From positions 1 to 64,000 of the IMG/VR virus record IMGVR_UViG_3300028883_000003: DNA of 64,000 nucleotides, one strand, 5' to 3'. The notes beneath the pieces were generated by a model. That model did not search any database and was not told the DNA's origin. It saw nothing but the letters and a program-made list of their open reading frames with translations. This DNA comes from a virus. How positions within the stretch are numbered: the first letter of the stretch is position 1; each line of letters begins with the position of its first letter. Both the position numbers and the translations under genes were made by a program. Below, one piece after another: positions 19,034 through 28,146 of this stretch.

Positions 19034-19408
19034 TCAAACATTGTTATTACTCTGATTATTTTCTAGTTCTGCAATTGATTTTTTTACTTCTTCCTTATTA
19101 AACCCCATAGCTTCAATTATTTCAAGCACTAATTCTTCATACTTTGGTGCCATAAACCCCAACATAATATTATGAAAATTTTCTTCAAAAAGAACACCCT
19201 TTTGAAGAAATTCCAATTGAAGCTGCACGGGGTATAATTGCAAAAATGCCACTATATTATTTCCCTGTTCTTTTGTAACACCATTATTACTGATGTGCTC
19301 AATAAGTTGGTCTAACAATTCATCAACAACTATTCCATCCTTTTTAATATCTTCAATCAATTCAATAATATTAGGATGATTTATAATTTTGTCTACAGTA
19401 ATTTCCAT
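19034..19408 (-). CDS. stand-alone paralog of the MoxR ATPase C-terminal domain
   Basis: NIVAFLQLYP.QL.L.FLQKGVLFEENF...LEIIEAMGFNKEE aligns with NISNFLQLLP.DL.I.FIEKGVLLEKNF...LEMIEAMGFSKEE of 3720..4946; GGAG RBS. Confidence 0.8.
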   Translation of the reverse strand: MEITVDKIINHPNIIELIEDIKKDGIVVDELLDQLIEHISNNGVTKEQGNNIVAFLQLYPVQLQLEFLQKGVLFEENFHNIMLGFMAPKYEELVLEIIEAMGFNKEEVKKSIAELENNQSNNNV

Positions 19409-19426
19409 CTTTTTCTCCTTAATAAA

Positions 19427-19448
19427 TAGGGGGTATTTCTACCCCCTA
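19427..19448 (-). terminator. strong stem-loop (terminator or processing site)
   Basis: TAGGGGGTA-GAAA-TACCCCCTA on the minus strand, followed by TTTATT. Confidence 0.55.
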
Positions 19449-19489
19449 CCGTGCGTATTGCGGTATATGTCCGACTTCATATTTTTAGG

Positions 19490-19521
19490 AAAGGGAGACA
19501 GGAAAATTATCCCCATCTCCC
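19490..19521 (-). terminator. terminator-like hairpin
   Basis: minus strand GGGAGATGGGGA..TTTCCTGTCTCCC-TTT. Confidence 0.5.
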
Positions 19522-19545
19522 TATAGGGCAGCAATGGAGGTAACA

Positions 19546-19866
19546 TTAAATTTTTATTTTCTCTTTGTCCATATAATCGGCCAATAACATTAAAACAGTT
19601 CCATCTATTTCTCTAAAAGTATATATACGCCTTCCCCAATTGTATAGTTTATTTATTTCCCTAACTACACTATTATCTTCGTGGCTACGGCAATATAGTT
19701 TCCATTTAAGCTTAGAAACTAGCCAAAATAAACCAAAATCAAAACTTATGGCCTTTTCAATATTTTTGGGGGTAATTTTAACCTTTTCACCAAATACTTT
19801 ACGAAATCTACTGATCGCATTTGGGCAGGCATGATTTTTTTTTAGAAAATTAGCAGTAATGTACAT
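19546..19866 (-). CDS. hypothetical protein (paralog of 14544)
   Basis: MYIT..FL...AC....F.K.F...V.ITP.N.EKA...LADYMD. Confidence 0.6.
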   Translation of the reverse strand: MYITANFLKKNHACPNAISRFRKVFGEKVKITPKNIEKAISFDFGLFWLVSKLKWKLYCRSHEDNSVVREINKLYNWGRRIYTFREIDGTVLMLLADYMDKEKIKI

Positions 19867-20377
19867 ATTTTACTCTACTTTAGTTTTCCCACATTTTTTA
19901 CAGTACTTAAATTTATGGTTTTCTTCTTCCACTACCATATCTAACCAACTTGTCCATTTATGAAAACACCAAAAAGTAGGTTTAAAATTTAGCACCATAT
20001 GTTTTACTTTATTTTCTACGTGGTGTGCGATTTCTTTATGTGTAGGCATATTATAAAACTCCTTCTCTTTTTTCTCTAGCCATTTATTTAAAAATATATA
20101 TGAACCAAAAGTTATTCCAAGAATAAATTCGAGTCGTACAAAACTAAATGTAAAGGATGACCAACCTATTTCGTTAGGTCTGGGCCCTGTTATAAACAAA
20201 AAGCAGAGCCAAAAACCTAAAAGAGTTAAAAGTATGTTTGCCACAAACCATATGGTAGCAATTATTACAGTAGCTTTTTCTGTCATTATTAGTCTTCCCT
20301 TTTAGTTCCACAATATGGGCAACAGATATAATCTGGCCAATACCAGACAACCCCACAAGAACATATGGTTTTTATTC

Positions 20378-20746
20378 TCATGGGCGGTTTAGAAATTTGC
20401 TTAATTGAGTTATAGGAACACTTGTTGCTTTTTTAGGTGTGTAATCCCAATAACCATTTCCTAATGTAGTATCAATGCCTGCATCTTTAATTATTTTCTG
20501 CACTTTATCATAGTCAAATTCTAAATCCTCTATAAAACTATCCATGAAAAATGTTCCATGAGGATGATTCATTAAATCAATGCAAACATCTGCTAATTCC
20601 TCGTCAGAAAGCTTTTCTATTTCTGCCACTAGAGGATTTACATCCATTACTTCATGAGGCCCTTTATCGTAATAGTTATACTCCCCAAAAAGTTTCAGGG
20701 CTTCCTCAATTTTCTCAGTTATCTTTTTGCTAAATTCATGTCTCAT
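20378..20746 (-). CDS. acidic hypothetical protein
   Basis: 122 aa, D/E rich. Confidence 0.6.
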   Translation of the reverse strand: MRHEFSKKITEKIEEALKLFGEYNYYDKGPHEVMDVNPLVAEIEKLSDEELADVCIDLMNHPHGTFFMDSFIEDLEFDYDKVQKIIKDAGIDTTLGNGYWDYTPKKATSVPITQLSKFLNRP

Positions 20747-20750
20747 AATT

Positions 20751-21188
20751 TTAGAAAAGATTATTTATGTGTTCTTTGGTCCAACCACACTTCAATAAAT
20801 GGTCCTGTACTTCTTTCTGTGTAACTTCTTTTATCTTTGAGATTACATATATTGTGCACTCATGTTTTTCAGAATACATTATTTTTCCTGTGGTTTTCAA
20901 ATATACATGTTTCCACTTTTTTCCATTTGTATATTCTTGGTCCCATGATTCAAATATGGCTTCTACTGTTCCATCTTCTGCCAAAAATTCTCCGTATAAA
21001 TCACTGTCAGCTACATCACAATCATGTAGCAAGCCATTATATCTGCCTTCAGAATCTTCTGTGCCAGTATAGGCATTAGCATATGTTGCTGGTATAATAA
21101 AAATGTATTCATCTGGCCCACCCATATTAGTTTGGCACCACGAGTGCCCATCTGAAAAGTGTTCGTCAAACACTTCTTGCATTGTCAT
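20751..21188 (-). CDS. acidic hypothetical protein
   Basis: 145 aa, D/E rich, GGGA RBS. Confidence 0.6.
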   Translation of the reverse strand: MTMQEVFDEHFSDGHSWCQTNMGGPDEYIFIIPATYANAYTGTEDSEGRYNGLLHDCDVADSDLYGEFLAEDGTVEAIFESWDQEYTNGKKWKHVYLKTTGKIMYSEKHECTIYVISKIKEVTQKEVQDHLLKCGWTKEHINNLF

Positions 21189-21202
21189 TTTTATTCCCCT
21201 TG

Positions 21203-21547
21203 TTACAAATACTCAATTTTTAGGTTTTCTGGTTTCATTTCTTCATCCACTTTTCGTTGTATTTTTTCTTCTTGCTCTTTAGTAAGGGTCATTTCCCCTA
21301 TTTTTATTTTTAACCATGTTTGAAACTTCGTGGACTTTATCAGCCGTCTAAATGCTGCTTTTTTATTCTGGTGCTGATGTCTGCTATCTCTTGCTTCACC
21401 TACTGCCTTCGATTCTCTGTGTATAATTCTCACACCAGTATCCCTTTTATTCTGGTTTTGTCCACCCTTACCACCAGACCTAAAAGTTTGGATATCAAAA
21501 TCTTTTTTAGTTACACGAAATAAAAGCTCTTTTTTCATCTTGTCCAC
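21203..21547 (-). CDS. peptide chain release factor (RF-1/GGQ) domain protein
   Basis: TFRSGGKGGQNQNKRDTGVRIIH..R.QHQNK..AF.RL. Confidence 0.88.
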   Translation of the reverse strand: MDKMKKELLFRVTKKDFDIQTFRSGGKGGQNQNKRDTGVRIIHRESKAVGEARDSRHQHQNKKAAFRRLIKSTKFQTWLKIKIGEMTLTKEQEEKIQRKVDEEMKPENLKIEYL

Positions 21548-21981
21548 ACATGAACATTATCTGGCAATTTTTGTATGATGGGTAATACGTCCTTGTATTT
21601 CAACCCACCATAACCAATCCCCGGAAAGTTTAGATCAAATCTACATTCAGGAAATTCAATACTTGCATAACGTTCTAATTTTCCGGTGGATTGGTGTATA
21701 AGAGCTAATTCTGCTTTATTTTTAAAATGATATTTTACTTGGAAAGCACCAATGGATGTACTAGGTAAACCTATTAGAGCAATAGCCAACCCATAATATC
21801 CAAGATGTTCTATTTGCCCACGAAAACCACTTGGCACTTTTGGAAACTTCTTTTTCACTTCCAAAGCCATACCCCTACCCATTACCAATTCATTTCTGAT
21901 ATTGAGAAAGGAATTAGCAGTAAAAAAGAAGAAGTCGGTCTTTTCAAAAATAGACCACATGTCACCTTTTTCTAGTATCAT
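21535..21981 (-). CDS. macrodomain protein (DarG/Poa1p-like)
   Basis: KGDMW...TAN...VMGRGMALEVKKKFP...FPGIGYGGL. Confidence 0.75.
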   Translation of the reverse strand: MILEKGDMWSIFEKTDFFFFTANSFLNIRNELVMGRGMALEVKKKFPKVPSGFRGQIEHLGYYGLAIALIGLPSTSIGAFQVKYHFKNKAELALIHQSTGKLERYASIEFPECRFDLNFPGIGYGGLKYKDVLPIIQKLPDNVHVWTR

Positions 21982-22038
21982 ATCTCAATTATCTTTTCTG
22001 AATTATGGTCATATTCGTGTTTTGTGTCAACTTTACCA

Positions 22039-22248
22039 CTATTTCACCTTTACAATTATCCCATCTTTAGCAGTACAAGTAGCATACCATGTATGGGGCT
22101 TTGGGTAATGAGGACCTTCTACACAGAAAGTACCATCTTTAGGTTCATTCCCACCAAAAGGTCCGGGTTGGTAATAGGTTATTTTTCTGCCTTCATTTAC
22201 TGCTGCCTTTAGTTCTTTTTTGGTTTTGAAATTGATGTGCGTATACAT
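22039..22248 (-). CDS. hypothetical protein
   Basis: 69 aa with GGAGG RBS. Confidence 0.65.
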   Translation of the reverse strand: MYTHINFKTKKELKAAVNEGRKITYYQPGPFGGNEPKDGTFCVEGPHYPKPHTWYATCTAKDGIIVKVK

Positions 22249-22271
22249 TTATTTACCTCCTTATTGTTTAT

Positions 22272-22464
22272 AAAAAAAGCCAGCTAAAATATAATCAAGT
22301 AAATTCTAAATTCCCACAAAAAAAATCTACTCAACTAATTCTAGCTGGCTCTGAACACTAACTAAGAAAGCAACTATGTATCATAAAAAAAGCCAGTTAA
22401 AACATAGTCAAATAAACTAAAACCATATAAAACATTTATTTGATTACTCCTAACTGGCTTTTTG
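22272..22464. repeat. two tandem ~70-nt units, each closed by an AGCCAG(C/T)TA inverted repeat
   Basis: 22278..22350 and 22391..22459, A/T tracts flanking the stems. Confidence 0.75.
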
Positions 22465-23363
22465 GCAATATTAATTTTTTTTAATTTTAGTGTTACATGA
22501 TACACTCTCCTTTTAACACTTTATAATTATCCAAATTTTTTCCTAATACTTCGTCCTTAGATTTCCTCACAATATTTTGTAGTCTGTGCAGGCTTAACTT
22601 CCCCTTTAGGGAATACCCAAGTAAAGTCATACCCGGTTTTACTTTGGACTAAATAATAATCACCTGCATCAATAGCAAATTTTTCCTCCCCAACGTTAAA
22701 CTGAAAACTGTACCAGTTCTGCCCCCAACGGTCTTTATCCTCTGGAATTGCTAGGATTTTAATTTTTACGATTTTCATGTTTGTTTCCTTTTCTTTGAAT
22801 AATTCGTTTTCCAGTTCTTTAACCCACTCACCCAAAATTTTGAGGGCCCTTTGTTCAGTTTGTTCTTTTTTAGTCATAATTTACCTCTACTTTATCAATC
22901 TCACCAAAAAATGGATCAAATAAAGTTGAAATTACACTATCAAAATTCTCGGTCCACAAAGAATACCCACATATGTGCCTACATCCTTCATCTTCTGGAA
23001 ATTTTTGTTCATCATTTTCTTTAAAATAGAATTTGAATCCACCATGTTTGTACCAAATTAAAACATAAGGTATTTTCAATCTTTTTAATTCCGCTATTAT
23101 CTCTGGCAAATTTTCTTGATTCCCGGATGGTAAACCTCTTGCATATAGCTTAGTCATAATTTACCTCATAAATACATCAATTCTGCATACAAACAGAACG
23201 AGTATGACTAGCAATGATAGGCCAGTAATTATTTTTTCACACTTTGTCATTTTCCTACCCCAATTGCTCATTGATAATTTTTAGACACTTTTCTGGCATT
23301 ATATTTATAATAAATGCCTGCCTTGTGTATAAGATTAAGTGTACTTTTTTACCACTCTCCTGT

Positions 23364-23400
23364 ACAAAGAAAAGGGGACCAACAATTAAGTTGATCCCCT
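23364..23400 (-). terminator. intrinsic terminator
   Basis: AGGGGATCAAC-TTAATT-GTTGGTCCCCT-TTTCTTT on the minus strand. Confidence 0.7.
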
Positions 23401-23881
23401 ATAGGGCAGAACATGGAGGAAAGTGTAGGGTAACGAGATTACGAATTATTAAGTTGGTACTCAATCTGCACCTTTTGAGCAGTACAGTTGAGTATAGTTT
23501 GTTCAATAATATCAAGGAATTCTGAATACTTTTTCTCCAGAAAGTCTACCCCCTTAATTTGAGCTGCTTTATAAAGGCCCTCAACAATACACCTTTCAGT
23601 GGAGAACTCTCTAAGCGTGGTTTCAAGTTCCCTTTTTTTAGCAAGTAGCTTATTTTTTTTCTTAAGTCTATTTCTAACTTCGTCGTTCATTTTCTCCTCC
23701 TACCTAACTACTACTTAAAATCTCTTACCTTTTCCTTCCAGATATGTTTCGGGCAGTATTTATACAGCCCACTTTTCACCAACTCCTTGGCCTTTTCATC
23801 AGAAGTTCTAAAAGGGGTTGAGCCTTTTTCTTTGGCAATTACTGTTTTCATGTTTTCCTCCTAAAAATCTCTGGCCATTTT

Positions 23882-24103
23882 TTAGTTCGCAGATTCACTT
23901 ATTTGTTTTTGCTGCCTCTCCCAAAAGTTAGGTTGTTTATTCACAGCATTATTTGCTATTTGAATAATTTCTGCGTATGAATAACCATAATCAGGGGAAC
24001 AAAGTTCAGAAATCAAATCCATATAAAGCTCATGTTCTGATTGAATAGATGGGCTTTCATCTAAAAGAGCTATATAATCTTCATAGGTTAAATCTGTTGG
24101 CAT
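23882..24103 (-). CDS. small helical protein (GYS..E..IA family)
   Basis: YMDLISEL...GYSYAEIIQIAN; ends ESAN. Confidence 0.6.
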   Translation of the reverse strand: MPTDLTYEDYIALLDESPSIQSEHELYMDLISELCSPDYGYSYAEIIQIANNAVNKQPNFWERQQKQISESAN

Positions 24104-24148
24104 AATTACATATCCATAAATGGGTTTACTACTTTTTTGTCATCTTCT

Positions 24149-24325
24149 TCAGTTAGCAGATTCACCATTTTGCAAAGAAACATAAGACTGAGCTATTGTT
24201 CTACTTTCCTGTAGACTGTACCCTTTCTGGAAATAATAACTCTTAACTTTCCAAAAGGTCTTAGGTGGGCTAAACTTCTTGTTTTCAAATGCCCACTTAG
24301 CAATTTGAGTGCATTTATTTTTCAT
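24149..24325 (-). CDS. 58-aa ORF absent from the track (GYS..E..IA family)
   Basis: manual translation MKNKC...KGYSLQESRTIAQSYV...ESAN. Confidence 0.5.
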   Translation of the reverse strand: MKNKCTQIAKWAFENKKFSPPKTFWKVKSYYFQKGYSLQESRTIAQSYVSLQNGESAN

Positions 24326-24326
24326 A

Positions 24327-25049
24327 CTACCACACTAACTCTATGGGGTTATTAGACTTAACTTCACCAGTCAATTTATCCAAATGAAGTATCCATTCCT
24401 CAGATACAGTAATAAGTTCCTCTAATTGATCCCCAGTAAGCTCTGCACCTGTCTTTTCAGCCCAGTTTTGCAATCTCTCCCTATTAAGCCCCTGTCCCCA
24501 GTCTGTGTACTGCCATATTATCTTTACTCCCCCTTGTCTGTCCTTCCCTGAACAAATTACAGAACCACTTTTAATTACAGTATTAGTTTGGTCCGTCTCA
24601 AAATATCTTGGCTTTCTGTAATATTCAGGTTTAGTTGTGAAATTAAAGGACAAAGGCTTAACTTTATGATTCCAGCCTTTCTTTTTGTACCGTTCTGTGT
24701 CAATCAGTTTATGCCCCTGTCCTAAAATCTCACCTTCAGGAGTCTCATATAGGGTTATCTCAAACTCTACCTGATCCTCTTTTATCTTACCACTTTTCAA
24801 GTTTTTGCGATGTACAGCAAAAGTTGTGAAGGTATAAAGCTTGGTCATTATCGGCTTACCAGATATAGGAATCTCTCGTTTACCTTCTGTTTCAGTTATA
24901 GGATAATACTTTTTCTGTTTCCTGCTATAACCTACCCTTCCAGTAAAGTTGTTGTTATCATCATAAGTACCACGTTGGGAGACAACAGATATAGTTTGTG
25001 TTCTATCTTCCCAACTCATGCCATTCTCAAGAAATTCCACTACACACAT
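24327..25049 (-). CDS. hypothetical protein
   Basis: 240 aa, GC content above the window average. Confidence 0.7.
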   Translation of the reverse strand: MCVVEFLENGMSWEDRTQTISVVSQRGTYDDNNNFTGRVGYSRKQKKYYPITETEGKREIPISGKPIMTKLYTFTTFAVHRKNLKSGKIKEDQVEFEITLYETPEGEILGQGHKLIDTERYKKKGWNHKVKPLSFNFTTKPEYYRKPRYFETDQTNTVIKSGSVICSGKDRQGGVKIIWQYTDWGQGLNRERLQNWAEKTGAELTGDQLEELITVSEEWILHLDKLTGEVKSNNPIELVW

Positions 25050-25060
25050 ATTAGACCTCG

Positions 25061-25459
25061 TTATTCAGCTCTGCCCCACTCAAACACTTCATTAGCAGTA
25101 TCTTCAGCTTCAGTTAGAGAATCTCCACGTATACAGCACTCAGCTATGAGTTCCATATACTCCTCATATTCAGCTTCTACACTTAACATCTTCTGCTCTC
25201 CTGCTATGTGTTTAAGGTTGCTGTGGCCGCCGTCCATGCTCAAAGTATCGGCAAACGGACCACTTGGCAAGGCCCTCAAAAAACTTTTTTCACAACCGAC
25301 TGTCCCGCAACGAGTTACGAAGATGGACCAGGCTGTCCACAATTGCCAAAAATCGGCATTTTCACAAATTGACTCAGCTAACTCGCTGTCCGGCAAGGGG
25401 TTATGAAACGGATACAAAGCAGTCCACGTTTGTACCAAACGCAGGTCGTTTAGGTCCAT
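25061..25459 (-). CDS. hypothetical protein, first gene of the left arm
   Basis: 132 aa, GC-rich, acidic C-terminus related to 23882. Confidence 0.6.
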   Translation of the reverse strand: MDLNDLRLVQTWTALYPFHNPLPDSELAESICENADFWQLWTAWSIFVTRCGTVGCEKSFLRALPSGPFADTLSMDGGHSNLKHIAGEQKMLSVEAEYEEYMELIAECCIRGDSLTEAEDTANEVFEWGRAE

Positions 25460-26438
25460 AATCGGCCAATCCGTTGTCGTTCAACGAGTTACAAAAAACA
25501 CATCATGGGTCGGTTCGGTCCACGATGCACACCAGAACAGAAACTAATACCTTTAATCTATACATATAAATTCCTAGCACTTTTTAAAAGTTCCTATTCA
25601 TAAACATCTGCCCCTCTATGCTGTGCCAATCCAAATATAACAGGGACCGGCAGAACGAACTAACAAACAACCAATAACAATTTATATACCTTGCTCTTAT
25701 GATTGATTGATAATTCTATTTTTTCAGGCCATAAGTATAAAGCTCTATTCAATAAGGTTAAACTTCTGCCATACCCAGGCTAAAGCATTGGGTGACAAAG
25801 GTTTAGCAATTCCATATCCCTATTATGCTATTATCACTACCCTATTATAGCAATCCCTATTTTGTTATTCCCTGAACCCTTTTCCCAGATTTTCCTACCC
25901 CTTATCTAAATCCCATATTCCTCATAGAGTTCTAGGTGCTTAGTTCTAGAGTGTAAAAAAGTTGAATCATGGACCAACAATACCAATGTTATCCTGTTTA
26001 TAATGGACCGATGAAATCCACATTTAACATACTTGTTATAGACCTATAACGTCCATGATAGAAAATAAATTAAAAAAGACCTTTTTAGTCTTATTTAAAC
26101 TAGGATAAAAAAGGTCTTATTATCTATTTTACTTTCTAAACAAGACCAGGATTATCCATTTTAGACTTGATCTAAACCTTTAAATAAAACAATATTGATC
26201 CTATTATCTATTTTTATCGGTCTGTATAAAAGGTAATAATGGAGTAAATTAGTCTATAATGAAAAAAGGAAACATAGACCTACTATATAGACGATCCATT
26301 TAGTCTATTTTTGTATGTTGTTGTTAGGTAACAGGTTAGCTAATAATGGACAACCAGGATCAAGTTATCGACGTTTAAGTCTATGTATAGCAATAGGTTA
26401 TAAAAGTAAAAATAATTGAAAAAAATAATAAATTTTGC

Positions 26439-26467
26439 TTGACAACAAACCGATATATTGATATATA
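26439..26467 (+). promoter_or_regulatory. sigma-70-like promoter
   Basis: TTGACA-N17-TATATA preceded by TG and an A-rich UP-like tract, 65 nt before the ATG. Confidence 0.6.
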
Positions 26468-26531
26468 AGTACTGTAATTAGTCTGTTCTTTGTCAACTTA
26501 ATAGTTTGCTAGGTAGAAAAGGACATAATAT

Positions 26532-27149
26532 ATGTCAGATACTACCTATTTGCTTCCTGCTACGGTGGAAACCGTTTTTCCGAATAATGATAAAGCTAGT
26601 ACGGTTCAAAAGGTACAAGCTATTATCGTCCGCATTGCAAACAGTCTCTTGTCTGTTGCCATGCTTAACGTCGGGACTAACTACAAATCCGGCGAATTCG
26701 AGTATAGCGAATCTAACTTTATGAACGTCGGCAAGGCATCGTCCGAAGATGCCGCTGATAACTTTCTGAAAGCTTGTCAGAAAGCTTACAATAAGTCCGA
26801 CAAGGTGCCGACGGGCAAAGTATCGGGAAAGCATTGGCTGATCGGCGAACGTTCTAACCGATACGGAAACCGTACTAATCTGAAGATCGGCAATGGGCAT
26901 ATATATATTATGTATGATGCCTGTTTCGATTCAGACGGAAACGCTAAGCCGATCAAAAACGGCGATAGAGCCGGAGAGCTTCCGTTGAAAGCATCTGTCA
27001 AGACTAGTCTGGCAGACGTTTCCGGTTTCAAATCTCTGGACAGTCTCAAAATCAAAGGGGAGCTGGCCGAGGCCTACCAGGCGTATTTCGAAAGCTTGCC
27101 CGCCGACGATAAGAAACAGTCAACTTCCAACTTTGGTCTGAGCTTCTAA
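26532..27149 (+). CDS. GC-rich hypothetical protein in its own transcription unit
   Basis: 205 aa, AAGGA RBS, own promoter and terminator. Confidence 0.8.
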   Translation: MSDTTYLLPATVETVFPNNDKASTVQKVQAIIVRIANSLLSVAMLNVGTNYKSGEFEYSESNFMNVGKASSEDAADNFLKACQKAYNKSDKVPTGKVSGKHWLIGERSNRYGNRTNLKIGNGHIYIMYDACFDSDGNAKPIKNGDRAGELPLKASVKTSLADVSGFKSLDSLKIKGELAEAYQAYFESLPADDKKQSTSNFGLSF

Positions 27150-27223
27150 ACTCAGACTAAACGGCTTTCAATAGTAAAGACAAAAACCAAAACCAAAAGC
27201 TAATCCTAGCAAGCTATTAAGTG

Positions 27224-27255
27224 AATATCCGGTCCTAGTGACCGGATATTTTTTT
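27224..27255 (+). terminator. intrinsic terminator
   Basis: perfect 11-bp stem AATATCCGGTC/GACCGGATATT followed by a T-tract. Confidence 0.9.
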
Positions 27256-27331
27256 ATCTCAATCCGGCCCCTATATAATGTAATTAAAGACCTATTATTC
27301 AATTTATACCGTACCAGGTTAAATCAAACCT

Positions 27332-27373
27332 AGGTGTGTCAAATTTGACACAGGTGTGTCAATTTGGACACAG
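27332..27373. promoter_or_regulatory. tandem palindromic operator-like sites
   Basis: 20-bp direct repeat; first copy holds the perfect palindrome GTGTCAAATTTGACAC. Confidence 0.65.
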
Positions 27374-27914
27374 ATGTATGATAATATGTATTATCAAACC
27401 CACAATAGCAAACAAAACCAATAAGACCGGTATTGTCCGGTATGGGGCGTATGTTATTAAGACAAAACAAGTTAGGTTTACCAAAGGGTATAAGCGTTAG
27501 GGCTTGTAAACCCCCTGCAATTTTTTTATTCAAAAAATCCCCCAAAATAAAAAAACTTTTCTCACTTTTTGCCCGGAAGCGGGAACCTTTGTCACTTTTT
27601 TGGGGTTCTGGTGATGAATGAAAGGAAAAAGGTGTGGAAAAGTCAAAAAACGTACGTAAAAACATAGTAATACACGTAAATAATACCAAAAAAGAGATAC
27701 TTTATGTATATCTACGCCACTGTACACATGAAGATGACCTTAAGGACCATACAGAAAATATGCTAGAAATGTATGAATCTACTATAACAAATAATAAACC
27801 ATTAACCTTTATATCTGAAGGTAATTATGCTATAATACCTCTATCTTCAATATATTGCACCAACACCGTATTTATTATGTTTTAGCTATTAATTTTATTA
27901 AGGAAAGTAAATAA

Positions 27915-28145
27915 ATGATACAAAATATAGAACTACATATTGATTGTAAAACCAATAAATTTGTCCAAATAAAGAAAGCAGGGGGTTTTGATCTTAAACA
28001 GTGTTTAATAGCACGCGGGTATTATTATAGTCAAAATTTTAGGCAGCTTATGAGGGCTGCTGTTGTTGATTTATTTGAGTACAACAATACCTTATTTACG
28101 TTATTTTGGCTGTTGCTGGAGCTAAAGAAACGAGAGGATTTTTAA
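27915..28145 (+). CDS. NxxF micro-protein family member
   Basis: core YNNTLFTLFWLLL. Confidence 0.62.
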   Translation: MIQNIELHIDCKTNKFVQIKKAGGFDLKQCLIARGYYYSQNFRQLMRAAVVDLFEYNNTLFTLFWLLLELKKREDF

Positions 28146-28146
28146 A

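Noticed and set aside
24810-25406. 198-aa plus-strand ORF
   Set aside because: Antisense shadow of two minus-strand genes in a GC-richer stretch, with no RBS or motif.
26535-27055. Minus-strand ORFs 26535..26900 and 26786..27055
   Set aside because: Shadows of 26532..27149, which has the promoter, RBS and terminator.
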